IMG/VR virus record: IMGVR_UViG_3300023174_000065
Source of the DNA: a virus
DNA length: 64,000 nucleotides
Strand: one strand, 5' to 3'
Part shown: piece by piece, positions 29,058-38,556 of the stretch
Layout: each line of letters starts with the position of its first letter
Numbering within the stretch: the first letter of the stretch is position 1
The notes under the pieces: generated by a model
Database searches by the model: none
What the model saw: the letters and a program-made list of their open reading frames with translations, nothing else
What the model was told of the DNA's origin: nothing
Program-made: the position numbers and the translations under genes

Positions 29058-32000
29058 ATGGCAATAAAATATTGGACAGGTCGGGTTGATAGACAATGGA
29101 CAAACCAAGCTAATTGGTCGTTGACCCCTGGAGGAAATACATCGGTGCAATCACCGGGCTCAAGTGACGATGTAATTTTTGATTTTTCTGCGTTATCTTC
29201 GGGATCTTATACGGTGTTAGGACCACCGTCGGCTTTAACAATTCGATCACTTAGTTTAGGAAATCCATCAAATGGAACTGTTACATTAACCTTGCAAGCT
29301 GCATTAACTTGTTCTACAAATCTTACAACTATTTCAGGAATAATAGAATGCAGTGGCCAAAACTTTACAGTTAGGACCTTTGCAAGTAACTCTCTTTATT
29401 TTATAGTAACTTCAACTGGAATAGTAAGAAATTTTGCAGCATTAATTACAAAATGTATTTCTCAAATTGATGGTCAAGTAACCTCTTCATTAGGATATTG
29501 GAATAATTCCTATAATGCTGACGTTAATGGACTAGTAGATGTTAGTAGATATATATCTATTGGCAGTACTTTAACTATTAATATTAGTGGAAGTGTTACA
29601 TCTAGAGGATATCCTACAACTCTTACCGATGGAATTACATGCGATTATCTATATAATTATGGAACACTTAGAGCTATTACTTATGGAATTAGTGTAAGTT
29701 ATGCTTTAACTACTGGTTCAAGAAGTACAACTTCGATAGATGGATCTTCTAGATTTGGAACAGCGTCGTCACTATTATATACTAGTAGTCTAGAAGGTCC
29801 AGTTACTGTTGGCAATGATTTATATGTTCGAATAAATTTAAACGTTTATTCTACTCTACAAGTTAATGGGGTGATGACAACAATTTATGGAGCTCATATT
29901 TATTCTCCAGGCATAGTAACTGTATCGAAATATATGGATAATAACGCAGGTAATGTGACTATAGAAAGCGGAGCACGTATTACAACTAATGGTGCTAATT
30001 CTACCTACGGTCAAGGATTTATTTGTAATAATCTATATAATCATGGAATATTACAAGTTAATAATGGCGCACTATTAATTGCCTATGAAATGAAAACTTT
30101 TCCAGAAAGTACAACATCAGCTGGCCCTAGCCCTACTGGATACTTGTCTAATATTGGTAATGCTAGTTTATCGTATACTAGCACACTCAATGGCCCGGTT
30201 ACTGTTAGTGGTAATTTATATTTTAAATCAAATTTACAATCTAATAAACCGTTATCTATTACCAATGGAGGATATTTAAGAGTTTACGGAACTGCTGTAT
30301 TTACTGATAATTTAGATGTAGATAGCTACCTTGATGCAGGATATGACACTACTTTTGGAATTTTAAATCAAATAGCTAGTCCTATTTATACTATTGGAAA
30401 AGCCCTATTATCTACCGGAGGGTTAATTACAAATTCTACCTCAGTTTTAACAATTTATAAAGGAACTCTTATTACTTATGGTGTCACAAATGCTATATAT
30501 GGATTAGGTGTAGACTGCGGTTATTTTATTAATTATGGATCTGCTACTATTAATGGCGCAATTAAAGTTAATTATTATATGGATACTAAAGATGGAACTA
30601 CAACTATTGTAGGACCTTCGACCAATTTATCGACTATAGGAGATAACTCTTATACTAGCACGCTAAAAGGTATAGTTACTATTAAAGGAAATACTAAAGT
30701 TGATTATTTAAATTCAACTGCAATTTTAACAATTAACGGGTATCTTGATGGCCAGTACGCAGTTGTGTTAGGAAATTCTACAATTATTGATGGTTACGCT
30801 AATAGTAATAGTGGATATGATTTTACAATAGATCAACAAATAATTTCGAATATAAATGTTCCATTTAATGTTTACATTGGCGGGGACTTAAGAGTAGGGC
30901 GTAATTTATATGTTAGAAACTACACTTCTGTTGACGGAATTGTGAATTTCTTATATTCGTATAGTCGAGGACTATATTTACAAGGTGGTGATTTAACAAT
31001 AGGCCTTCCAGTTTCTTTTACATCTTATCCTCCACAATTTAGATTTTTTTACTTAGCTCTTGGTAACAATACATTATATTGTCCTGCATTAACACTTACA
31101 CCGTCTTCTATGGAATGGAATGAATCTGGAGCAATTTCTCTTACAGGAGAACCTGATACAGGTGTCACACTCACTGTTTTAGATTTTGATACAACATACC
31201 TTTCAGTCTTTGATACCACCAAATATCCGCCTACAGTTACTTTAGATGGCACTGGATCATTAGGAACTCGGAGAGTTATCAATTCAGGACCAGGAAGTAA
31301 ATTACAAAATTTAAACATTAATGTAATTGATGATGCCAGTGACACCGTTGTTATAACTGGACCAGTTAATGATATGTTGTTTGACGATACGTACTTGGGT
31401 ATTGGAAATTTAGCTGCTTGTACTGGAATTTATGGAAATTTTGCATCATCGGATAATATGACTTTTACTCCATCATCTAACCTATTATATTTTCTAGGAA
31501 AAGATGCAGTAGATTTAAATATGAATGGCGGTGTTTTAAATCAACCAGTTCAATTTTTAGGAAGAGATCCTAATGTTACTTGGTATTTGAGTTCTGATTT
31601 TGCAGTAAGTAGTGCTTATACTGCCACATTTTATCAAGGAACTTTAGATTTTACTTTTGGTAATATATATTGCGGTCTATTTAATTCATCAACTGCAAGT
31701 TCTGTGACAAGATATTTTAATAACGGCGGAGGTGGCACCGGCGTTATTTCAGTTTCGTCGTCGTCGGGTGTTGTATTTGATACATCAATTAATACTAATT
31801 TAGAACTTACAAGTTTTGTTGATGTTGTATTAACATCTAATTCGAGGTCTGGAGCTATTCGAACTATTCGGGTAGGTGCACCGTTAGAAGGAAACTGTTT
31901 TAATTTTGTTGTCAGTAACGGAACATCTGGGAGCATTGTGAATTTTACTTCTGGCAATAATGTAGGAGGTTTAGATTTTAGAGGAACATATTCATCTATT

Positions 32001-33590
32001 AATTCTGCATCGGTAGTAACTTTAACATGCTATAATGATATATATTTAGGTAATACTGCTAGGTTTTATAACAATCTTACTCCTTTGCAACTTACATTTT
32101 GTACTTGGAGACTATTTTCGTCTGGTAGTAGTCAAATGGTTGATACAGGAAGACAAAATATAAATTGGCCATTAGAACTTGATGGTTTAAGTTACACTGA
32201 ATTCAATTTAGGAACTTCGTCATTTACCTATACTGCAAGTGTTCCTCTAAGACTTGGGTATGGTATACTGAATATAAACTCTCAAACTGTTTCTGTTAAT
32301 ACTACTACTATTAATGGAATTAATAATACTCCTGCTCTTTTTGAGATACAAAATGGAACATTTACATCTACAATAATAAATCATGTGTCTAGTAGCACAT
32401 TAACTCTGTCAAATTCTGGTAATATTAGCACAAATTACTATAACTTTAGTACTGGAACATTAAATTTAAATGCGCAGACTATTGTTACTGGTATTTTTTC
32501 TGCTACAAATAATCTCGTTGCACCAAATTTAATAAACTTTAGTACTGGAAAAATACAATTAACAGGTACATCAGGAATTCTTTGGAATTCAGATGATAGT
32601 CTGTTGTCAACAAAAACTACCGGAAGGGTTGAATTAATTAATAAAAATGCAAATAATGTAATTATAAATCAAGGAACTCCAATTGAAAATAATAGTATTT
32701 CTTTTGCTATTACAACTGGAACTGGAACGGTAACGTTTAATGGTAATTCTGTAAATAACTTTGATATAGCTGGATTTGCTGGAAGACCGGTTATTTCAAG
32801 CAATATGCGCATTTATGGAGATATTGTATTTTCACCTTCGGCAAACTTAAGTGGTATTAATTGGAATTTAAGTGCCACTTCAGGAACAAAAAAAATTACA
32901 GGAAATAACTCTTCACTGACTAACACTATCATTAATATTGGCGGTACTACAGGTAATCCAACTTATAGTTTAACTGATAATTTAGGAAATTCATTGTTCG
33001 AAGGGCCAGGAATTTCACATCTACGCGGAACATTTAACTTAAATAAAAATGATATAACTATTTTGTCTTATAATAACGCCAGTAGCGGTGTATCTAACAC
33101 ATTAAATATGTCCAGCTCTACGGTTACATTATTCAACGGCACAAGTTCTCAAAGTTGTGTTTGGACAGCAGGTGTTCAGTCAACTATAATTGATAATTCT
33201 GATAGTAAAATATATTTTGCTGGAACTAATACCAATATATTCCAAGGCGCTGGAAAATCTTATAACTTTTTAGGATTAAAAAATCAAGGAATTTCTGCGG
33301 GAATTTCAATAACAGGTAACAATACTTTTAATACCCTTCAACAGGATGTATATACTGCTACTACCTGGACCTTTGCATCATCATCAACTACAATTGTAAC
33401 TAATTTTAATATTTCTGGAAAAGATGCTGCAAATAGAGCAAATATTAGAAGCTCAACACCAGGCACTCAGTTTACATTAAGTAAAAGCTCAGGAATAGTA
33501 TCAGTTCAATACACTAGTATTAGAGACAGTAATGCAACTGGTGGTGCAAGGTGGTTTGCATTAAAGAGACAAGGAAACATAGATGGCTAG
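29058..33590 (+). CDS. Large beta-solenoid/adhesin-like virion protein (1510 aa)
   Basis: N-terminal YW.G....W....NWS.T.GG....P...DDV.FD motif. N/T/S/Y-rich solenoid pattern. Confidence 0.65.
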   Translation: MAIKYWTGRVDRQWTNQANWSLTPGGNTSVQSPGSSDDVIFDFSALSSGSYTVLGPPSALTIRSLSLGNPSNGTVTLTLQAALTCSTNLTTISGIIECSGQNFTVRTFASNSLYFIVTSTGIVRNFAALITKCISQIDGQVTSSLGYWNNSYNADVNGLVDVSRYISIGSTLTINISGSVTSRGYPTTLTDGITCDYLYNYGTLRAITYGISVSYALTTGSRSTTSIDGSSRFGTASSLLYTSSLEGPVTVGNDLYVRINLNVYSTLQVNGVMTTIYGAHIYSPGIVTVSKYMDNNAGNVTIESGARITTNGANSTYGQGFICNNLYNHGILQVNNGALLIAYEMKTFPESTTSAGPSPTGYLSNIGNASLSYTSTLNGPVTVSGNLYFKSNLQSNKPLSITNGGYLRVYGTAVFTDNLDVDSYLDAGYDTTFGILNQIASPIYTIGKALLSTGGLITNSTSVLTIYKGTLITYGVTNAIYGLGVDCGYFINYGSATINGAIKVNYYMDTKDGTTTIVGPSTNLSTIGDNSYTSTLKGIVTIKGNTKVDYLNSTAILTINGYLDGQYAVVLGNSTIIDGYANSNSGYDFTIDQQIISNINVPFNVYIGGDLRVGRNLYVRNYTSVDGIVNFLYSYSRGLYLQGGDLTIGLPVSFTSYPPQFRFFYLALGNNTLYCPALTLTPSSMEWNESGAISLTGEPDTGVTLTVLDFDTTYLSVFDTTKYPPTVTLDGTGSLGTRRVINSGPGSKLQNLNINVIDDASDTVVITGPVNDMLFDDTYLGIGNLAACTGIYGNFASSDNMTFTPSSNLLYFLGKDAVDLNMNGGVLNQPVQFLGRDPNVTWYLSSDFAVSSAYTATFYQGTLDFTFGNIYCGLFNSSTASSVTRYFNNGGGGTGVISVSSSSGVVFDTSINTNLELTSFVDVVLTSNSRSGAIRTIRVGAPLEGNCFNFVVSNGTSGSIVNFTSGNNVGGLDFRGTYSSINSASVVTLTCYNDIYLGNTARFYNNLTPLQLTFCTWRLFSSGSSQMVDTGRQNINWPLELDGLSYTEFNLGTSSFTYTASVPLRLGYGILNINSQTVSVNTTTINGINNTPALFEIQNGTFTSTIINHVSSSTLTLSNSGNISTNYYNFSTGTLNLNAQTIVTGIFSATNNLVAPNLINFSTGKIQLTGTSGILWNSDDSLLSTKTTGRVELINKNANNVIINQGTPIENNSISFAITTGTGTVTFNGNSVNNFDIAGFAGRPVISSNMRIYGDIVFSPSANLSGINWNLSATSGTKKITGNNSSLTNTIINIGGTTGNPTYSLTDNLGNSLFEGPGISHLRGTFNLNKNDITILSYNNASSGVSNTLNMSSSTVTLFNGTSSQSCVWTAGVQSTIIDNSDSKIYFAGTNTNIFQGAGKSYNFLGLKNQGISAGISITGNNTFNTLQQDVYTATTWTFASSSTTIVTNFNISGKDAANRANIRSSTPGTQFTLSKSSGIVSVQYTSIRDSNATGGARWFALKRQGNIDG

Positions 33591-33831
33591 TGCAGGTAAT
33601 AATACAGGTTGGATATTTAATATAACAATTAGATTGACCAATACTGGTACATTATATACGGGGTCAACTGAACTTGATGAAGTGACGACGTCAACTATTA
33701 GAATGTCTGACTTTGTAATAAATGCTAACCGATTTGATGAAGTCACAACATTGCCAGTTGCAATGCGTCATACTTCTACTGGAACATTTATTGTTTCAGG
33801 GGAATTTAATGAAATAATATTAAACAGTTAA
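33583..33831 (+). CDS. Small virion protein with DEVT repeats; possibly the detached C-terminus of the upstream gene
   Basis: AAGGA SD and overlap with the upstream stop. Begins AGNNTGWIF. Confidence 0.6.
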   Translation: MASAGNNTGWIFNITIRLTNTGTLYTGSTELDEVTTSTIRMSDFVINANRFDEVTTLPVAMRHTSTGTFIVSGEFNEIILNS

Positions 33832-33852
33832 ATATATGAAGAGAGAAATTAT

Positions 33853-36189
33853 ATGGCACAATTACTAGGCGGAACACGCATATACGGAAATGCTACCGTT
33901 GACGGGCAACTATTTTTGACTACAAGTACACAATCATCATCAACTGTAACAGGTGCGTTGATTGTTACTGGCGGCATTGGCATCGGTGGCACGGTATATG
34001 CATCGACCATGTATGAAAATTCTGCTAGAATTGTCAGCACTTCTACTATTAAATTGTATGCAGCAACCTCTGTGCAAAATGGAACAGATACTGTTATAAC
34101 TCTTTCAACAACTACAGGACAGTTGACAGTTTGGAATACTAGTACACTGCAATCTATCACATCTCGTGGTGCAACTACTGATAAAGCAATCACAATAACA
34201 AATACAACTCCGTCATCAAGCACCTCAACTGGTGCATTAGTTGTCACAGGTGGCATGGGGGTCGCAGAAGACATCTATGTGGGCGGACAAATTGCAGTTG
34301 CAACGATCACATCGATATCAGGTGATATTACAATTGATCCTGCTGGCACAAGTAATGTTGTTTTTGGCACAGGCGCACAAGTAAAAATTCAAGATACAAC
34401 TGCTGCATCAAGCACTGCGACTGGTGCATTGGTTGTTTCTGGAGGACTTGGTGTAGCAGAAGATGTTTATGTAGGCGGTCAAATTGCCGTATCAACAATC
34501 ACATCAATTTCAGGTGATATTACAATTGATCCAGCGGGAACTAGTAACGTTGTATTTGGCACAGGTGCTCAAGTAAAAATTCTCGATACTACTCTTTCAT
34601 CAAGTATTGCAACTGGCGCATTGGTAGTTTCTGGAGGTGTAGGAGTCGCCGAAGATGTCTATGTAGGTGGACAAATCGCAGTTGCAACAATCACGTCGAT
34701 ATCAGGTGATATTACAATTGATCCCAATGGCACAAGTAATGTTGTTTTTGGCACAGGCGCACAAGTAAAAATTCAAGATACAACTCCGTCGTCAAGTACT
34801 GCATCTGGTGCATTGGTTGTTTCTGGAGGACTTGGTGTAGCAGAAGATGTTTATGTAGGCGGTCAAATTGCCGTATCAACAATCACATCAATTTCAGGAA
34901 ATATTACCATTGATCCTAATGGTGTTAGTGATGTTGTATTTGGCACAGGCGCTCAAGTAAAAATCAATGATACTACTGGTGCAACCACCACTGCAACTGG
35001 TGCATTGGTAGTATCAGGCGGTGTTGGCGTTGGCGGAGATCTTTATATTGGCGGAGAAATAGTAGCTCAAAAGTTAACAATTCAATTAACGACTATTACT
35101 ACTACTATGGTACAAACCGATGACATTATAAAGACTGTAAATACCACAGCGGCAACGAACACTACAACTGGTGCATTGGTTGTTTCAGGTGGTGCAGGCA
35201 TAGGTGGCAACGTCTATGTAGGCGGTCAGATTGCCGTTGCAACAATTACTTCAATAATTAGTAATTCCGATATTACAATTGATCCCAATGGAACTGGTAA
35301 TGTTGTATTTGGCACAGGCGCTCAAGTAAAAATCAATGATACTACTGGTGCAACCACCACTGCAACTGGTGCATTGGTAGTATCAGGCGGTGTTGGTGTT
35401 GCAGAGGACATCTATGTAGGCGGTCAGATTGCCGTTGCAACAATCACATCGATATCAGGTGATATTACAATTGATCCTAATGGTAATAGTAATGTTGTAT
35501 TTGGCACAGGTGCACAAGTAAAAATCAATGATGTTACTGCTGCATCAAGTACAATAACAGGTGCATTGGTAGTATCAGGCGGTGTTGGTGTTGCAGAGGA
35601 CATCTATGTAGGCGGTCAGATTGCCGTTGCAACAATTACTTCAATAATTAGTAATTCCGACATTACAATTGATCCCAATGGAACTGGTAATGTTGTATTT
35701 GGCACAGGTGCACAAGTAAAAATCAATGATGTTACTGCTGCATCAAGTACAATAACAGGTGCATTGGTAGTATCAGGCGGCGCGGGTGTAGGCGGCAATA
35801 TCTATCTGGGTGGAGAGTTAAGGGCTAGTGGAAATATTACAGCTTATAATTCCTCAGATATTAGGTTTAAGGAAAATGTTACCACAATTACAAACGCAAT
35901 CGCTGCGTTAACTCAAATCAATGGTGTGCGATTTGATTGGACCAAGGACTATATTACAAATAACGGTGGTGAAGATGGATATTTTGTTCGAAAAAATGAT
36001 GTTGGTGTAATTGCTCAAGAAATTAAAACTGTCTTACCAGAAATAGTTGGCACACGAGATGATGGATTTTTAGCAGTAAGATATGAAAAAATAATACCTT
36101 TACTTATTGAAGCGATTAAAGAGCAACAAACACAGATTGATAATTTAAAATCTGTAATTAATCAGTTGGTTAGTAAGGACAACAAATAA
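33853..36189 (+). CDS. Tail fibre with C-terminal peptidase S74 intramolecular chaperone
   Basis: AYNSSDIRFKENV...GVIAQEI...LPE.V...VRYEKIIPLLIEAIKEQ. Tandem 64-66 aa repeats. Confidence 0.9.
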   Translation: MAQLLGGTRIYGNATVDGQLFLTTSTQSSSTVTGALIVTGGIGIGGTVYASTMYENSARIVSTSTIKLYAATSVQNGTDTVITLSTTTGQLTVWNTSTLQSITSRGATTDKAITITNTTPSSSTSTGALVVTGGMGVAEDIYVGGQIAVATITSISGDITIDPAGTSNVVFGTGAQVKIQDTTAASSTATGALVVSGGLGVAEDVYVGGQIAVSTITSISGDITIDPAGTSNVVFGTGAQVKILDTTLSSSIATGALVVSGGVGVAEDVYVGGQIAVATITSISGDITIDPNGTSNVVFGTGAQVKIQDTTPSSSTASGALVVSGGLGVAEDVYVGGQIAVSTITSISGNITIDPNGVSDVVFGTGAQVKINDTTGATTTATGALVVSGGVGVGGDLYIGGEIVAQKLTIQLTTITTTMVQTDDIIKTVNTTAATNTTTGALVVSGGAGIGGNVYVGGQIAVATITSIISNSDITIDPNGTGNVVFGTGAQVKINDTTGATTTATGALVVSGGVGVAEDIYVGGQIAVATITSISGDITIDPNGNSNVVFGTGAQVKINDVTAASSTITGALVVSGGVGVAEDIYVGGQIAVATITSIISNSDITIDPNGTGNVVFGTGAQVKINDVTAASSTITGALVVSGGAGVGGNIYLGGELRASGNITAYNSSDIRFKENVTTITNAIAALTQINGVRFDWTKDYITNNGGEDGYFVRKNDVGVIAQEIKTVLPEIVGTRDDGFLAVRYEKIIPLLIEAIKEQQTQIDNLKSVINQLVSKDNK
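34228..35790 (+). repeat. Seven 192-198 bp tandem repeats in the tail fibre gene
   Basis: Units start near 34228, 34420, 34612, 34804, 35167, 35365 and 35557, with long identical DNA stretches. Confidence 0.9.
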
Positions 36190-37136
36190 TGACTATGACC
36201 AGCACAGGTTATATTAGCCTAGGCGGTGGTTCACCGACATTTGTCGTTGGTTCAGGAGGAACTCAAAAACACACATCTATACAATATGAATTATATGCGG
36301 TAAACACGGTTACTTATTCGTTAGCAGGCACTCGACAAATATCTTTAAATGATTCGGATGCGCGTACACTAGCTAGCAGGCCTTCAGGTGCTATATCATT
36401 TAGCGATTTTTATAATAAGAGTTCGTTTGTTTCTACAACTACATATTTTCAAACTCCTGGAATTTATACTTATATTGTGCCATTTAACTATAATTCATTA
36501 ACAATAGAAGTATGGGGCGGCGGCGGCGCTGGTGGCGAGGCTGGAACTATAGGTAGTGGTGCTAACGGTAGTACAAGTATAGTAACTGGTACAGGTATTA
36601 CTTCAATAGTAGCAAATGGCGGTCAAGGTGGCTCGGGTTTTATAACTAACCCAGCTTACAACAATAACACTAGTCCAGGTGGTACAGGTGGCACTGCAAG
36701 CGGCGGCAGTGTGAATGTTAATGGAAACTCAGGTAGCAGCGGATTTATTTTTTATGTTCCATCCGGATTAGGCGGAACACCTGTTCCTAGTGGCGCATTT
36801 GGTGGTCAAGGTGGTACAGGAACAAATGGTCTTTCCTTACAGGGCGGTATAGAAGGAATTCCTGGCTTTGTCGCAAATAATTCAAATGTGTTTCCAGGCG
36901 GCAATGGTGGTATTCCTGGAGCCGGAGGAGCTGGAGCATACAGAAGCGGCGGCGGCCCTCAAGGCCAAGACACTTATAATGCTGCTGGCGGCGGGGGTGC
37001 CGGCGGATATGCTAGATCAGTTATTTCAACTTTAAATTATTTTGCTGTACTAAACATCACCGTGGGCCAAGGTGGTGTTAAAAACGCGGTTGGCGGTGAT
37101 GGCGGTGATGGTACTATAGTAATTACAGTCACATAA
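36189..37136 (+). CDS. Glycine-rich fibre-tip adhesin (gp38-like architecture)
   Basis: TAATG coupling to the S74 fibre. Short N-terminal domain ending SGAISFSDFYNKS, then polyglycine motifs. Confidence 0.65.
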   Translation: MTMTSTGYISLGGGSPTFVVGSGGTQKHTSIQYELYAVNTVTYSLAGTRQISLNDSDARTLASRPSGAISFSDFYNKSSFVSTTTYFQTPGIYTYIVPFNYNSLTIEVWGGGGAGGEAGTIGSGANGSTSIVTGTGITSIVANGGQGGSGFITNPAYNNNTSPGGTGGTASGGSVNVNGNSGSSGFIFYVPSGLGGTPVPSGAFGGQGGTGTNGLSLQGGIEGIPGFVANNSNVFPGGNGGIPGAGGAGAYRSGGGPQGQDTYNAAGGGGAGGYARSVISTLNYFAVLNITVGQGGVKNAVGGDGGDGTIVITVT

Positions 37137-37151
37137 ATTATAATAAACCTA

Positions 37152-37946
37152 TCATGTTAGTTTTGTTTTTATATACTCAAATACAGAAATACACTTTTCA
37201 TCAGAAATTGATGCGCGGGTATAGTACTGATACTTGTCATGAAGATGTTTAGGAAACGAAATAATTTCAAGTTTTGCGTTAAATTTTCTAGCAATTATTT
37301 CTGCAACACTACTAAACAGCACAGGAACACCAGTGCCTAGATCATAGATTCCCGAAGGTCTGTTATCCTCTAACATCACGCGGCATACATCTCCTACCCA
37401 AATAAAGTCCCTGCACCCGTCACCTGATCTTTCAAATATTTTAATAACACCTGTTTCTTTGGCTTGTTTTGTAAATTGAAATAGAGGACTTGCTTGACTA
37501 CCTTTGTGATCCTCGCCTTCGCCGTAGACATTAAAAAATCTATATCCCCTAATATTACTAAATTTATCAATATTATCTCTGACCCATAAATCCACAAATG
37601 CTTTTGACATTGCATAATAGTTAAGTGGATTAATCAGTGGATTATGTGTGTTGCTATTTCCGTATACGGAAGCAGATGATGCATACGATATTGGAACATT
37701 ATAATCGATGCATTTTTGAAATAATTTAATAGAATAATCTATGTTATAACGATAAATTTTATCAATGTCCGTTTCCGTAGTGTCAGAAATTGCACCCATA
37801 TGATAGACTCTAGACAATCTTGAAAAATCCATTTCATTGATTACATAATCTGCATTATGAATATCACACTCAAATACCACTTCTAAGTCAAGATATTTTG
37901 CTAAATTTTTTCCAATAAATCCATTACTTCCAGTTACTAAAATCAT
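37152..37946 (-). CDS. hldD: ADP-L-glycero-D-manno-heptose 6-epimerase-like SDR
   Basis: Motifs ILVTGSNGFIG, HMGAISDTTE, YASSASVYG, YYAMSK, FNVYG.GE.HKG and RDFIWVGDV. Confidence 0.85.
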   Translation of the reverse strand: MILVTGSNGFIGKNLAKYLDLEVVFECDIHNADYVINEMDFSRLSRVYHMGAISDTTETDIDKIYRYNIDYSIKLFQKCIDYNVPISYASSASVYGNSNTHNPLINPLNYYAMSKAFVDLWVRDNIDKFSNIRGYRFFNVYGEGEDHKGSQASPLFQFTKQAKETGVIKIFERSGDGCRDFIWVGDVCRVMLEDNRPSGIYDLGTGVPVLFSSVAEIIARKFNAKLEIISFPKHLHDKYQYYTRASISDEKCISVFEYIKTKLT

Positions 37947-37998
37947 AATACTCTTTCAAAATAATACGTTGTTTGATACTTATCAATTAAATAGTTTA

Positions 37999-38556
37999 AT
38001 GAATACACTTAATAATTTAACAGGAAATTTATTAATATCTCATCCTGCAAATTGTGAAAATTACTTTTCAAGGTCCGTTATATTATTGGTACAGCATACA
38101 TCTCAGGGATCATGGGGCGTGGTTGTTAATAGAAGAGCTAAAACCGTGAGTATGCAATCTGTGATGAATACAATAGGCATAGAATACTCGGGTCTTGAAC
38201 CAGTGTATATAGGTGGTCCTATAGAAACATCTAGGGTTCATATAATTCACACACTGGACTGGATAAGTTCAGGAACCTTGTCAATTACTGATGATATTGG
38301 CATTACTGGTGATATGTCAATATTGGCTGCAATTAGTAAAGGCATGGGACCTGCCAAATTTAAAACAGGAGTAGGATTAGTTTTATGGGGTCCAGGACAA
38401 CTTGAACAGGAGCTACAGAACATGTCACTAAAAGCCGGTCAAAGCTGGTTAACTATTCCTGCCACTGTTGATCTTTGTTTATCTGAATCAGGAGATAAAC
38501 AATGGCAAAGAAGCATTGACACAGTAATAACTCAGCAAGTTTCTGAATTATTTTAA
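37999..38556 (+). CDS. YqgE/AlgH (DUF179) family protein
   Basis: Motifs LLISHP...YFSRSVILL.QH...GSWGVVVNR, VYIGGP and WGPGQLEQEL. Start 37999 lies 5 nt after TTAAATA. Confidence 0.85.
   Translation: MNTLNNLTGNLLISHPANCENYFSRSVILLVQHTSQGSWGVVVNRRAKTVSMQSVMNTIGIEYSGLEPVYIGGPIETSRVHIIHTLDWISSGTLSITDDIGITGDMSILAAISKGMGPAKFKTGVGLVLWGPGQLEQELQNMSLKAGQSWLTIPATVDLCLSESGDKQWQRSIDTVITQQVSELF

Noticed and set aside
33581-33598. Amber read-through joining the 1510-aa and 82-aa ORFs
   Set aside because: A TAA follows two codons after the TAG in the same frame, and the downstream ORF is in the +1 frame.
21766-36189. CRISPR array or diversity-generating retroelement among the repeats
   Set aside because: Repeats are in-frame coding units without unique spacers. 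There is no reverse transcriptase and no adenine-specific TR/VR pair seen.
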